Source: Leucoraja ocellata
Taxonomy: Eukaryota
Assembly (NCBI GenBank): GCA_036785375.1
Contig: JAWMAR010000430.1
Coordinates: forward strand, 1 to 64,000
Direction of reading: 5' to 3'
DNA length: 64,000 nt
Shown here: positions 1 through 12,300 of the stretch, in pieces
Layout: each line of letters opens with the position of its first letter
How positions within the stretch are numbered: position 1 is the stretch's first letter
Translations under genes and position numbers: made by a program
Notes under the pieces: model-generated
What the model was told of the DNA's origin: nothing
The model's database searches: none
What the model saw: only the letters and a program-made list of their open reading frames with translations

Positions 1-253
1 TTAATTATGCTACCAGCTTTTTGTCAAAACAATTAATTCCATTTCTTAACCCATCACGTTACACATTAACCTAATTTGTGTCATAGTTCCTCTTGTATAT
101 ATTGAGTCTGTACAAAATTTTCCAATTTTGTGTTGATATGTGTGTGTATTTATATACCATTTTCTATGAGTAGTGAATCTACATGTTTCCATACATCTCC
201 TTGCCCCCACCCCACCCCTCTCCCTACCCTTCTCTTTTTCTGCTGTTATGCAG

Positions 254-304
254 AGAGCTCGTCTAAACAAAAGAAGCCCAGGTTCAATTGCAATGACCAT
301 AAAT
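254..304 (+). CDS. ARHGEF12: ARHGEF12 exon, 51 bp, phase 1-1 (ESSSKQKKPRFNCNDHK)
   Basis: Long pyrimidine tract plus cag acceptor, gtgagt donor; resembles the LARG DSSSKKTK segment before the PDZ. Confidence 0.7.
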
Positions 305-3300
305 GTGAGTCCTGTTAATCTGTGCACTAACTAGTCTGCTTTGCTGGCTGTTAGCTTGCTTGGTGCCACTGACTGATTCTATGTGCTTGTTGTGTCAGAA
401 GCTGCTTTGCTATCTTACAGTGGGTTGGAATAGAGGATGTGTTTCAATCACCCATCTCCCACCTTGCTGAGCCCACAGAACCTCTGTGTTCCAGATGTAG
501 TATATTTTTTGGCCAGACTTGCTTTTGGGAAATTAAGTTCAGTCTCCAAACATATTTACAATGTCAAATCACTGGACTCCAAGGGGAAAACGTCAAGTGT
601 ACTTGGTGGCATTTCATAACATGAACAAGTCTTGTATGTGTTGGGACGTGGAGTTCTTGTGGCTGTTTATTGGTAGCAGAGCACGCTTGATAAGCTATAG
701 GGCCTAATCCTGGTTCTATTTATATTGTGCTTTATTTTTTTAAAGTCCTTTCCTGGTTGATCAAAACCAGTTACTGTTTGTAACCCTTTCTTCTTGTTTA
801 AACCTGGCCAAACGCTCCTGGCTCAGAAAAACTTGTGCTTGTGCTACAGCATGGCCTTGCCTTTCTACCCACGGTGTCAGATCATCCCATCGGTGCTCCT
901 ATGTCAAGTCTCTCACCTGAATCACGTGCCCATGCTTTTCCAATCATAAATCTAGCTGTGCTTCTCTCACCTTTCCAACGCAAATTTGTGGCCTCTTAAA
1001 TGTTTGGGGTACTTTGTTACATGTTGATTCTTACAGTAGATCATCTCCATGGGATAAACATTTTATGTTGCTTTCCTTTCTTCCAATATCTATTCCATTG
1101 AAAATTTATGTTTTGATTTTTCTAGACATCTCTCTGTAGTTGTTCCGCGGGTTGAGTAGTTCGTCATATCTTAACATGAGTGGAAATTGATTAAAACAAG
1201 TTCTTTGAAATAAGGCAGAAAATGGTGCATGTGTTCAGTATACCAGGAGCATCTATGGAGAGAGAAATGCAGTTTTATTTTATTATTATTTTCATTATTA
1301 TTTTGAGCAATTTCTATTTCAAATTTGTAACATCGGCAGTATTTTATTTTTGAGTAGGTTCCTCTGTTCTAAGACTTAAATGCCTTAGTTTAAAAAGTTG
1401 GAAGCCCAAGGACAGTCAATAAGCAGCAGTGTGCAACACGCAGTGCCAAATTGATCACTCTAATTATATTTTATAATTAATTTCCCCCAATCAAAATCGT
1501 GATATTACGGTGTAAATTAAATGCTGATTTGTCATTAAATATGTTTTTATAATATGCAATAAAACAAAAACAAAAAAAGACCCTGTTTTTTCCCGTCACA
1601 TCCATATATTTACTTGTATACCCACTCTGCTGTCCAAAAGGTGTGATTAGATGCCCTTCCCATCCCAAGAATTGGGGGTAGTGAGGTGGGTCTTGGCAGT
1701 TCCTGGCTTCCTTTGTCTCGCATTTTGGTAAATTACTCATTGACTGACTGATTTCTATTCCTTTTCTTTGTGACCAGGTCTAGTTCAGCGCTGTGTTATA
1801 ATCCAGAGAGATGAAAATGGGTTTGGCCTGACGGTCAGTGGAGATAACCCAGTGTTTGTCCAGTCTGTCAAAGAGGGTAATTTTATACACTTACTCTGCT
1901 CTTTAATGTCTGGTGATGTTTTTTTTTTTCCGATTAATCTAGTGTAGCTTTCATGGTCCTATTCTGTTAAATTGCATGTGGAAATTTCAGTGAAATATTT
2001 TAGCTTAACATGAAACAGGAGTCAGAATGTCTTCACTGGTTCCATTTTAAGCTCCAACTTTCCACATGTTTGTTTTGCAGATGGAGCAGCTGTGCGTGCA
2101 GGTGTGCAGCAGGGCGACAGAATCATTAAGGTGAGGTACAGCATTCACTGGTGCCACTCATATGCAAGGAGAATTCTTCTGATTGAGCATGATGTGTTAA
2201 TGGGAATTGATATTCACCATTATTAAAGTTGATGATTCCCAGGAACTGTATTTGTGGTTTGTTGTTTACTGATGGCCCTTCCCATATGGGCGTGAGTGAG
2301 CAGTGTATCCAGGTGAGAACTGCTCTGCAGAAGCGTTTGTCATTTGACATCTAAATGCTTGTTACAGTCACTGTAATGTCCAAGAGACAAATATAACTAT
2401 GCGTCTTGCATTTAGCAGGTTATTCAAAGTGTTAAAAAATTGGTTGAAAAATGTGACTGAAAAGTACAAGACCATAAGGTGTGGAATTACGTAATCATAT
2501 CTATTTATATCATTCCACACCTTGTGTACTTGTGCTTTTCACTCGCATTATTTAAACCAATGTTTAACACTTTGTATAACCTGATAAATTATATCTGTAA
2601 ATCTTTGGTGTAATAGAAAACTTTCATGTGAAACTTCAGATGTTTGTCAAAAGTCCAAGTGAATTATTTCAGTAATTTCAACCAACTGCCTTGTCCATAA
2701 CAGCATCAGAAAATTGAGGCGTTTATAGGGCCATGTGTTTCCGTTGTACATCCCTGCTGTTTCTCCATAATAAATTATTGAGGTTATCGGTGTTCTTCTT
2801 GATTGTAGCTCCTATAAGATGCAGGAAATCATGTTGCTGCTTGATAGGACTTTGGTTAGGCTGCAATTTGAATATTGTGTGCAGTTTTGGTTGCTCATTA
2901 CAGGAAGAATACTTTGACAAGGGTGGAAGAAGTGGTTCACCAGAATACTGATTGGATTTGAGGGTATCAGCTATAAGGAGAGGTCAGACAAACATGGATT
3001 GTATTTTCTGGAACGTCACGGGTTTAAGAGAGATCTGATATATAAAATAAATTTAAGGATATATGTGTGGGGAATTTCTAACCATCACACACTCATAACT
3101 TTAGCCTTCTAGAACCCTCCCTTGCTATGAGGTGGGATTATTTCTGATGTCCTTCCTATAGGATTTTGATCACGAGGATAATTGTCTTATTAACATTTTT
3201 TAAATCTGCGAACAGCAGTCGGTTTAAGATTCTACATGTATGTAATTCCTTTTAATTCTGGTAACCTTTCACAGATATTTATTAAGGTCTAAAGACGTTT

Positions 3301-6300
3301 AGTTAAATGTTGAATTGTATCACCATGCTGCAGATTTGATGCAGATCAGCACTGGTGCCTTGTAGTTCCAGCGACATGGATTTGATCCTGACCTTCATGA
3401 TGCCTGTGTGAACTTACACGATTTCCCATGACTGTCTGTTTCCCTCTGCTGGCCCAACTTCCTCCCACGTCCCAATGACACGCTGATGTATAGGTTAATT
3501 GGGTAGCGGAAATATCAGTGCTTGGCAGAAGACTCGGAGGTGCGGAGGACTTGATCGGAATGCGTATGAGGAGTTGATGTGAAAAGGAACTGGTTGAGGG
3601 GTAACAATCGGGGGGAATTCAATTGATGGACTCCAACTCCGAGAGCTAGCATTGGGCTGTGTGCCCATTTCCTATGTTAGAAATATGAAGTATGTCAATG
3701 GTGATGTTTTGTCTGCAGGTTAATGGGACGCTGGTCACTCATTCAAACCATGTGGAGGTGGTTCGGTTAATTAAATGTAAGTGAAGCATTAACTTTTGAA
3801 AAGTCGTCTCTAAAATTTCATGTTCTTGTTTCTCAGTCTCATAATGGCTTCTTTTGACTTTCATTGGCACAACTTTGGTCCTCATGTTGATAAACAGCAA
3901 TAAAAGTTTCCAAAGGTGATGGAAAGACTGGAGGAAAGACTAGCTGCTGAGAGCTCTCTTTTACCTGCATTAAGGAGGCATTTAAACACACCTGAGCTAT
4001 TACAAACAGCCGTGAAACCATGTGCCCCAAACATTATGGTGCCATGAAATGGGGGGGGGGGGGGGGGGACTATCTATAAACACAGCTGTAATTTCTACAT
4101 GGTGAAAATGTATAAAAAATACCCTTTAATAAAATCTGACAATGTGCACTTTATCCACATGTCATTTTATTCCTATTACAAATCTCAAATTGTCCAGAGA
4201 CAAATAAATGAATGATGGATCTTTGTCCCAAACATTATGGAGGGCATTGTATACAGAAATGTGAGGCTCATACTATACACCTTTAAAATTCCATCATCGT
4301 TGAGTGGTGACACATTTTCCAGCTTGACAGCTTCTAGATAGAGCGGGCCTTAGTTGTGGTGAAAGAGAAAACTGAATTATGCCACAGACTCTAATGTTTT
4401 ACTTTCCAGACATACAGATTTAATGATTCATCTAAAGTATGTCACGGTTACTAATAAAATATTGCCCCATCGGACTGTGCAGTGTACTGTGTGCCCTCCC
4501 CATTCCAATAGATTGCCACTCTTAGACCTGTTCCCCCCCTGCCATGCTTTGCCAGATTGCTATTTCATGCCCCGGAGAATATTTGAACTGAGTGATTGCG
4601 GGCAGAAGTGTTCGATTCTGAATTATGTTTGCCAATGAAGTGCAAAATCCACAGTGTCTGTAGATCAGTGTCATAGGTCCTGATGACATACCTTCAGCAT
4701 AAACCTAGAAGCAAAGTGATCTGCAGTTTGCTGTCCATGTAGGGTTTTAAGGTTACTGCCGGTGGTTGCAGATTTCCAGAAGTTACAGCTGACATGTGTG
4801 GTCTGCACCAGAGCTCTGTGCCTCGGTATAATCTTGGTTCCACATTAGGGAAGTAGTTAAGACCACAGTCACTTTGTCACAAGTTCCTCACTGAAGCAGC
4901 TGCAGAATTAGTAGTTAAAATGTCGGGTGACTTTGCGATAAGGCAGTGGGCGTGTTTCATTAAGATTAGCTTTGCCCGTTGTTCATTGAGCAGTTGATGA
5001 GCGTTGCCTTTCATTGTCGATCAGAAAGAAACACTTGTATTCTACAACATCCTACAGAATTCAGAATATCTGAAAGCATTTACTTCTATTGAAGTATATT
5101 TGAAGTGTAATCACTATTGTAATGTAAGAAGCTTGCAATATGCGGAGCATAGATCCCCACCCAAATGATCTTTAAATAATGACTCGTTAATCTGTATTTT
5201 TACCCATTGAGGTGACTGCCTAAAGAGTCGCATATATACAAAACAACTATACTCCCAGAATTAGGAAGGGCACAGTGGCACAGCAGTAGAGTTGCTGCCC
5301 CACAGCATCAGACACACTGGTTTGATCCTGACTGAGTGCTGCCTGTACGAAGTTTGTACATTCTCACTGTGACCGCGTGGGTTTGCTCCGGATGCTCCGG
5401 TTTCCTCCCACATTCCAGACAGGCAGGTTTGAAGGTTAATTGGCTTCTGTGAATTGTCCCTTGTGTGTAGGGTAGAACTAATGTAAGGGTGATCGATGGT
5501 CGGCACGGACTGGGTGGGCTGAAGGGCCCGTTTCCACGCTGCATCTCTAAAACTAAAACTAAATATTGGCTGCTCAATTGTCGAGCTGCTCAGACTGACT
5601 GAACCTAAATCTGTTTTGGTTTGGGCCTATTGCAGGAGATGTGTAGACTGTGTTTTGCTTTCTATTACCAGCTGGGTCGTACGTGGCTCTCACGGTCCTG
5701 GGCCGTCCTCCTGGCTCTCCCCAGATACCATTGACTTCTGTCGATGGAGATGCTGGCGGTTTCTTTTTCCCCGGTCAACAAAGTCAAATGGCCCCAAATC
5801 CAACTTTCTCCCACCATTCTTCAAGCAGCAGTTGTCCTGAGAGGATCACAAGCCCCATGCCTGTGGCGGTGAGTATGCAAAACTTTATTCTAATTCCATG
5901 CATAGCTGATTTCCAGTGGCTCAGATATTACGTTTTCTCAGAGTTAACTGTTATTGGCTCCCTCTAGTATCAATCTGCCACTCGCTTCCTACAGGATTTG
6001 TGCTGTATTGTCAGATCTGCTTGTTCTTTGAGTGGCAGAATTCCAAGCACCTTTGTGTGAATGGAACACTACTCTCGACAGAAGTTATTGTAAACTAACA
6101 TGTGATCATCAAACCCACAATCCTCTTCGCCTGTCTCTTGATCAACGTTGGCAAGTCTAGCTGCCTGGCAATAAAAAGCATGAATGGTGTTTTCTTTCCC
6201 TCTAGTGGTGGAAATAGCACTTCATCACTTAAGCAGTGATAGTTTGCAAAATTAAATTCTCATTGAGTGGTGTTGACAGGAGCCCGTACCATCACATTCT

Positions 6301-9300
6301 ACCAGTAAACGGGAAAGTATTCTTATCCTAAAGGGAACATAAATAAATTGTTGCAGTCTAATAGTCTTGAACTTTGCGTTGCTCAAAATAGCCAGACAAG
6401 CAAATGTCAAGCTTTAGCCCCCTCTCTCTACCAATGAGTGCATCTCTCTCTCGCTCCAAGTATCTTTTCAATTGCCTTTTCACAATGAGCCCCTACCTGC
6501 TTCTTTCCCCGCCACCCCCCAAAAGAAAAACTGTCTACCCTCTCTCTGTCCATTTAATATAAACTGGAGACTTGCACCGAGTTCTTTGAAGAAGTGAGTG
6601 ACCAGAATGGAGTCTGACTCTCTCCTATTCCTTACACAGGAAGATAACATTGTGCACAACCAGAAGGTTGAAATTCTGAGGAACATGCTGGGCACAGAGT
6701 TACGGCAGCTGGAGGTATGTCAGATCGTTCAAGCCACAACTTGTTTAACAGAAAAGCAGATAAAAATGGAAATCGTCTATCCCATGAAATCTTGCAAACC
6801 TATGAAATTTGACATTCACCTGCTGAACTGATCATTCTGATCACAGGTCATTCTGGTCGTGTGCCTGACACATGCAGGTTTTAATATTGACCACAAATGT
6901 CGCTATGCCAGATACATAATGGATTATTTATTGAATAAAACATCCTTCACACAGTCCCTTTGCATTTGCAGGCTCAGTGTCATTGTCATCTCTGTGTGAG
7001 TTGTCTGTTTATCGCCAGCTGCTCACAGTTTGGCGATTTGATAGCGATTTGCTGGAACTGATGGGATCTCTTCACCAATGTTTACACAAAAAGTTTTGGG
7101 CAGTGCACCAAATAATCCTAGGTGATACAAATAAGACACAGAAGAATCTATTGCCTTCCACTGGGACTGTTTTGGCCCAACACTAATGTTCACTCAATTT
7201 CAAGACCAGGGTTGATAATTTGTGGTGCTTTTTTTTTTAAAACAGCAACTTAAGGAGAAATACACAAAGAATCCATCGCCACAGGTGCTTCGAGATCAAC
7301 AGGAGGTGGAGAAGCACATCCAGCAACTCCAGGAACAACTTAGCAAAGCTACAGGTTCCTTACAGGTGAGACGTCTTTGTCTAAAGTAAGAACTTGTTAA
7401 CAACCCCTTGTCCATCCTCTGGGGCAAGAAACCTTTGTGAGCTTATTACTACTTATGTCACAATCCATGCTTTGCCTTAAGAAGATGCTTATTGTTGTAT
7501 GGCTAATTCGTACTCTGGGTAGGTGTTTTCTAAATAAACCTGGGTTAATTTGCTGTAATGTAGCTAATCCAATCTTTTAGTTATCTATATGGTGGAAGAA
7601 GAAGCTGTGTCTCTGCCTTGATGTTACCTTCCCACCATCCTCTACCTACAATCCCTGTTCTAAATGTTTTTAAAGTAATTTATTCTAATTATTATTTTTT
7701 CCTTCAGGATGGCTCAAGTGCAGGTCGACACTCGGAAACACTATCTATTGTTGAAAGACTGACTGAAGGTGAGAACTAAATTGTTTCTTCATGCCTTATT
7801 GATGAGTGACTCTTTAAACAGTCCAATCTTTACCTAAAATCTTCACTTACTAATCTAAATCCCTAATTGGGATTTGTGGATGTATATGGATCCTGGACTG
7901 AGATGTCTTCTAGTGGTTGTAATGGATTGCAGGCTGAGAACAACGCGCATGGTCTCGCCAGGGTGAGATTCTGGGGAGAGAGATTCTCATTACAGAAGCA
8001 AAATGATAGTTTTCTTTTGAAGGAGGTTATTTTTGATCTGGCAGCCATGTTCTCTCAGTGTTTCATGCAACACCTCAATTTGTCAGGTTTATTGCAGTAA
8101 AATGTGGAGCGTTAAAAACCGTTATTTATTTTCCTTATTCGTAACAACCATTAGAAATCCTGAGTAACATCAGTAATGAGATCTCTCTGTCAGCTACTTA
8201 ATTTCTTTAGTTTATTTAAGCATACTTTTTTATTGGCGCACTTTTGCACACATCCATTTCCTTTCTCAACATTGTCCTCCTGTACACAATAGCTTCCCCC
8301 TTGGGAACCTCCCAATCCAATCCACCCCCTTTTTGTACCCTCCCTCTCCTCCATTCCTTCCATCTTTTCAAACATCCAAGTGTCCCTATTTTACCCTTTT
8401 TTTTGTATATAGTAGACTTGTTTTTATTGCAGGGTATTTGGAATGGGACGTTTAGTAATTTCTAGTTGCATAAGAAGTAGAGAAGTAACCCTGCTCATCA
8501 AATCCATCTAATCTCACTAATTTGCTCAGTCCTTGTATCCTTTAATAATCTCTTTGTTCTTTAATTCATTTTCAAAACATTTGTTGGTCTCTTGTTCTAA
8601 AATTATCTCCCACATCAAATGATCCATTAAACATTTTATAAACATTTTTTTTTTTTTTGTTGTAAATCGGTCTTTTGCCTAGTCATTTACCTACCACTGT
8701 CTTAGTAACTTGCTTTGGCAATACAATGCATTAGATCTAAAGGTAAATTATGGCATTGTTACAGAATATATTTCTGCTCATCAGCAATACTTCTGTCCCA
8801 TTCCCCAGCTCTTTCCTCAAAGCCCAGCCAATTAATCTATCTCAAATCCTTATCTAATTTCCTTTCCAAATCAAGTGAGAGAAAGCCACTGGTATTGATG
8901 TGGAACCTGTGAATAACTGGTTGATGCTGCTTTTTCCAGTCATTGAGCTTATGTACCATGAAAAAAGGCCCTTCGACCCAATTTATCTATGCTGACCATG
9001 TTGGCTTTCTAGGCTAGTCCCATTTGCTTGATTTTGGCACATTACCTTCTAAATTCTTAGAATTCATATCATGATAGTTTCAGATTAGTTCTTTGTGACG
9101 TCCTTTCAAACATCACACTAAATAATCCATCTTGAATTGTTCTGGAATAAGCATATCAACTCTTTTAATGCTTACATCGCCTCATGATCTGTGATATTCT
9201 TATCCGAGTCCCTAATTTAGCAAACCGTTAATCCAAAATTCAATCTTGGATTATAAAACATCATGCAACTGAATATTAAGATGGCTGATGTGTTTATGTC

Positions 9301-12300
9301 AGAAGACAGACAGCCCAACATTTTTGTCTTTAGCCTCGGGTCAAATCTTGTTTGACAGCACTCCTGCTAAGCATTTCTCGGAGTGTTGGTGGCACCAGGT
9401 TCTGCCTGGTTGCTGCAGATTCTGCTGCTGAATTATATTGAGTTTTGTACCGCTTTCTGGGTCAGTTAAGCAGACGATATATCGACTGCATTCTCCAGGT
9501 AGCTAGAGAACATTGAATTGCTAGGTGTCACCTTTGTTCAAGTACAATTGCATATTTGCTGTTTTCTGTCTTCTGACTGATTCTTGTTCACTCATCAGAT
9601 GCAGGGGACTGGGAGCATGACCTTCAATCACCGAGTGAGAATACAGGATCCGATAGAAGTCGCATTTCATTCAGCCGTGCAGAGGTGAGCAGTGCATATA
9701 AATGCTGCATTTTGGGGCCGGACCTTTACGGTAAAGAGTAAAGTTCTGGGAACCGTGTTATAGTGTAGAGAGATCTAGGAGTGCCGGTACTTAGTTCCTT
9801 GAAAGTGTCATTACGGGTAGATAAGGTGGTCAGGAAGGCTTTTGGCACATGGGGCTTCTTCAGGCAGGGTATTTAGAAGTTGGAATCTTATGCTACATTT
9901 CTACAAGGCACTGGTGAGGCCTCAATTGGAGTATTGTGCTTAGTTTTGGTCAGCATGTTAGTAAAGATGTTACGTTGGAAAGAATGTTGAGAGGATTTAT
10001 GTGGGTGTTGCCAGGACTTGAGTGCCTGGGCTATAGAGAGAGGTTGGCAGGCTAGGACTCTATTCCTTGGAGCGTAGGAGGATGAGAGATCTTATAGAGG
10101 TGTGTAAGATCATGAAGGGGAACAGATAAGGTAGACGCATAATATTTTATCCAGGGTAGGGAAATCGAGAACCAGAGGACATAGGTTTAAGGTGAGAGGA
10201 GAAAGATTTAATAGGAATCTTAAGGGCAACCTCTTCACACAGTTTGGTGAGTAGTGTATGGAATGAGCTGCAGGAGGAGGTAGTTGAGACAGAAACTGTA
10301 ACAACAGTTAGAAGGCATGGATAGGAAAGCTGAGCTGAAGGGCCTGTTTCCTTGTTGTATGACTTTATATGAGATTTATATTTTTCTATAATCTTGCATT
10401 TTGCATGATTGACAGTGGTTGAAGCGTGCAACTTGTGTAGTTCTGCAATCACTCAAATCCTCCTGTTTCTTAACATAACAAAATTACACACAATTACAAA
10501 TATTAAAATTGTTTAAATACAAATTATAAAGCCAAGCACCAAACAATTTTATGATTTTGGATTTTAGCAATATTTTACTGAGTTACAATTCAATAGAGTA
10601 AATGTTGATGTTAATTTTTCCCTGAGTAGTGTCTCTGATCCTTTGCTACTTGTGGTTTAGTTGATGAAATCGTTATGGTGTTCTCAATCTCCGCGCCGGC
10701 AACCAGAGCTTCAAGATCTTGGCTGAATATTTACGTGGTGCTGAGCGAATGTTAATATGGCAAAGGTGCCTTGTTTCAGATGAGCTGTTAAATGAAGATC
10801 ACATCTGTGGTGTCAGGTGGATGTAGAGGATCCTGTAGCAATAAGAATTGGGACCTGACAAATGGCTCAGTTAATGACAATTTTAAAAACAGACACTTGG
10901 TTGTTATCACCTGGTTGAATTGTAGGAGATTGCTACGTGCAAATTGACTCCTATTTTCTACGACATAAAGACTACACTTCAAAACTAAATGCCCCTGAAA
11001 AGAATTGTTGTCCTCAAAGGTCCTACATTTCATTTAAATTTTGAGATACCCATATTTCAACCAATGCGTTCTTCTGATTCATGATAGTGGGAGGTTATTT
11101 GTTGGCCCCAAAGTTCCAGGGAGTGGTGAGCATTTGCGTACTTGCTGATCTCCCCTTGTGTCCAAATGTGTCCTGACCCTGGATTCCAAATGTGTCCTCA
11201 TGCACAACTCTTCCTTGTGGTGGGACTGTGAAGAAGGCTGTGGAGGCCGTCAATGGATATTTTTAAGATGAAGATTGATAAGTTCTTGATTAGTATGGGT
11301 GTCATGAGTAATGGGGAGAAGGCAGGAGAATGGTGTTGAGAGGGAAAGATAGATCAACCATAGGTAGACACAAAATGCTGGAGTAACTCAGCGGGTGAGG
11401 CAGCATCTCTGGAGAGAAGGAATGGGCGACGTTTGGCTGATCATCCAAAATCAGTACCCCATTCCTGCTTTTCCCCCCATATTCCTTGATTCCGTGGCAT
11501 CATCACGATGTTATGCATAGGTATTGGCATTGGCATTATCACGATGATATGCATAGGTTCCTGCTGAAAGCAAATGGGGGTGCCTTATTTCCTAGGTTAT
11601 GACATTCTGCATGGCAGCTGCCTCAGCCTGAACAATCCAACGATTCTACAGATGCATGAACCACAATTGCACGTCAAAAATTAGGTGAAGCCCATTGAGG
11701 CATGTCGAGGCTGTAAAAGGTTGAGAATTTAATCGAGTTTGCATTGTTTTTCTTTTTGCAGTCTATAATAAGTAGCCCGTCTCCCCCATGTGATGGCCAC
11801 TTTCACCGAGACTCCCTCAACAGTAGCCCCAAGATCTCCCCAAAAGATGCCAGCAGTTTCTGTGAGAGTATGGACGTCGATGAGAACCAGGACTGGGTAT
11901 GGTTTATTTCTGACCATCAGGCACTACTTTAACTGCTCCCCCAGGAAGCTGTCAATTCTTTCTGTCCTTTTTGTCAATTGTTGTAAACAATTATTTTTGA
12001 ATTCCACGAATATTCATATTTATAATTGAGCTGCAAATGCAATTGTTCCAAACGTCCATTTTCAGTGAGTTCCTTGAAGTACTCAACATTTTGTTACATG
12101 ATCTGAAGGATTCTACAATAGAGTGGGCTGCCATGAAGCAGTTACATTGTGTTTAGTTATTGTCACATGTACCAAGGTACAGTGAAAAGTTTTTGAGTGC
12201 TTGCTATATCCAGTCAAAGAAACTAAATGTTTTTGGGCATGGAACTCATGGGTGGGATTGGAACCATAAATAGGAGCGTGACTAGGGTGGAGGGTGAGAG

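Noticed and set aside
4051-4068. Poly-G runs as functional G-quadruplex elements (also about 35790-35820 and 56190-56430)
   Set aside because: All lie within TE bodies, and homopolymer lengths are error-prone.
5268-5340. tRNA gene
   Set aside because: The A/B-box-like head continues into a V-domain and LINE tail, so it is a SINE; no intact cloverleaf.
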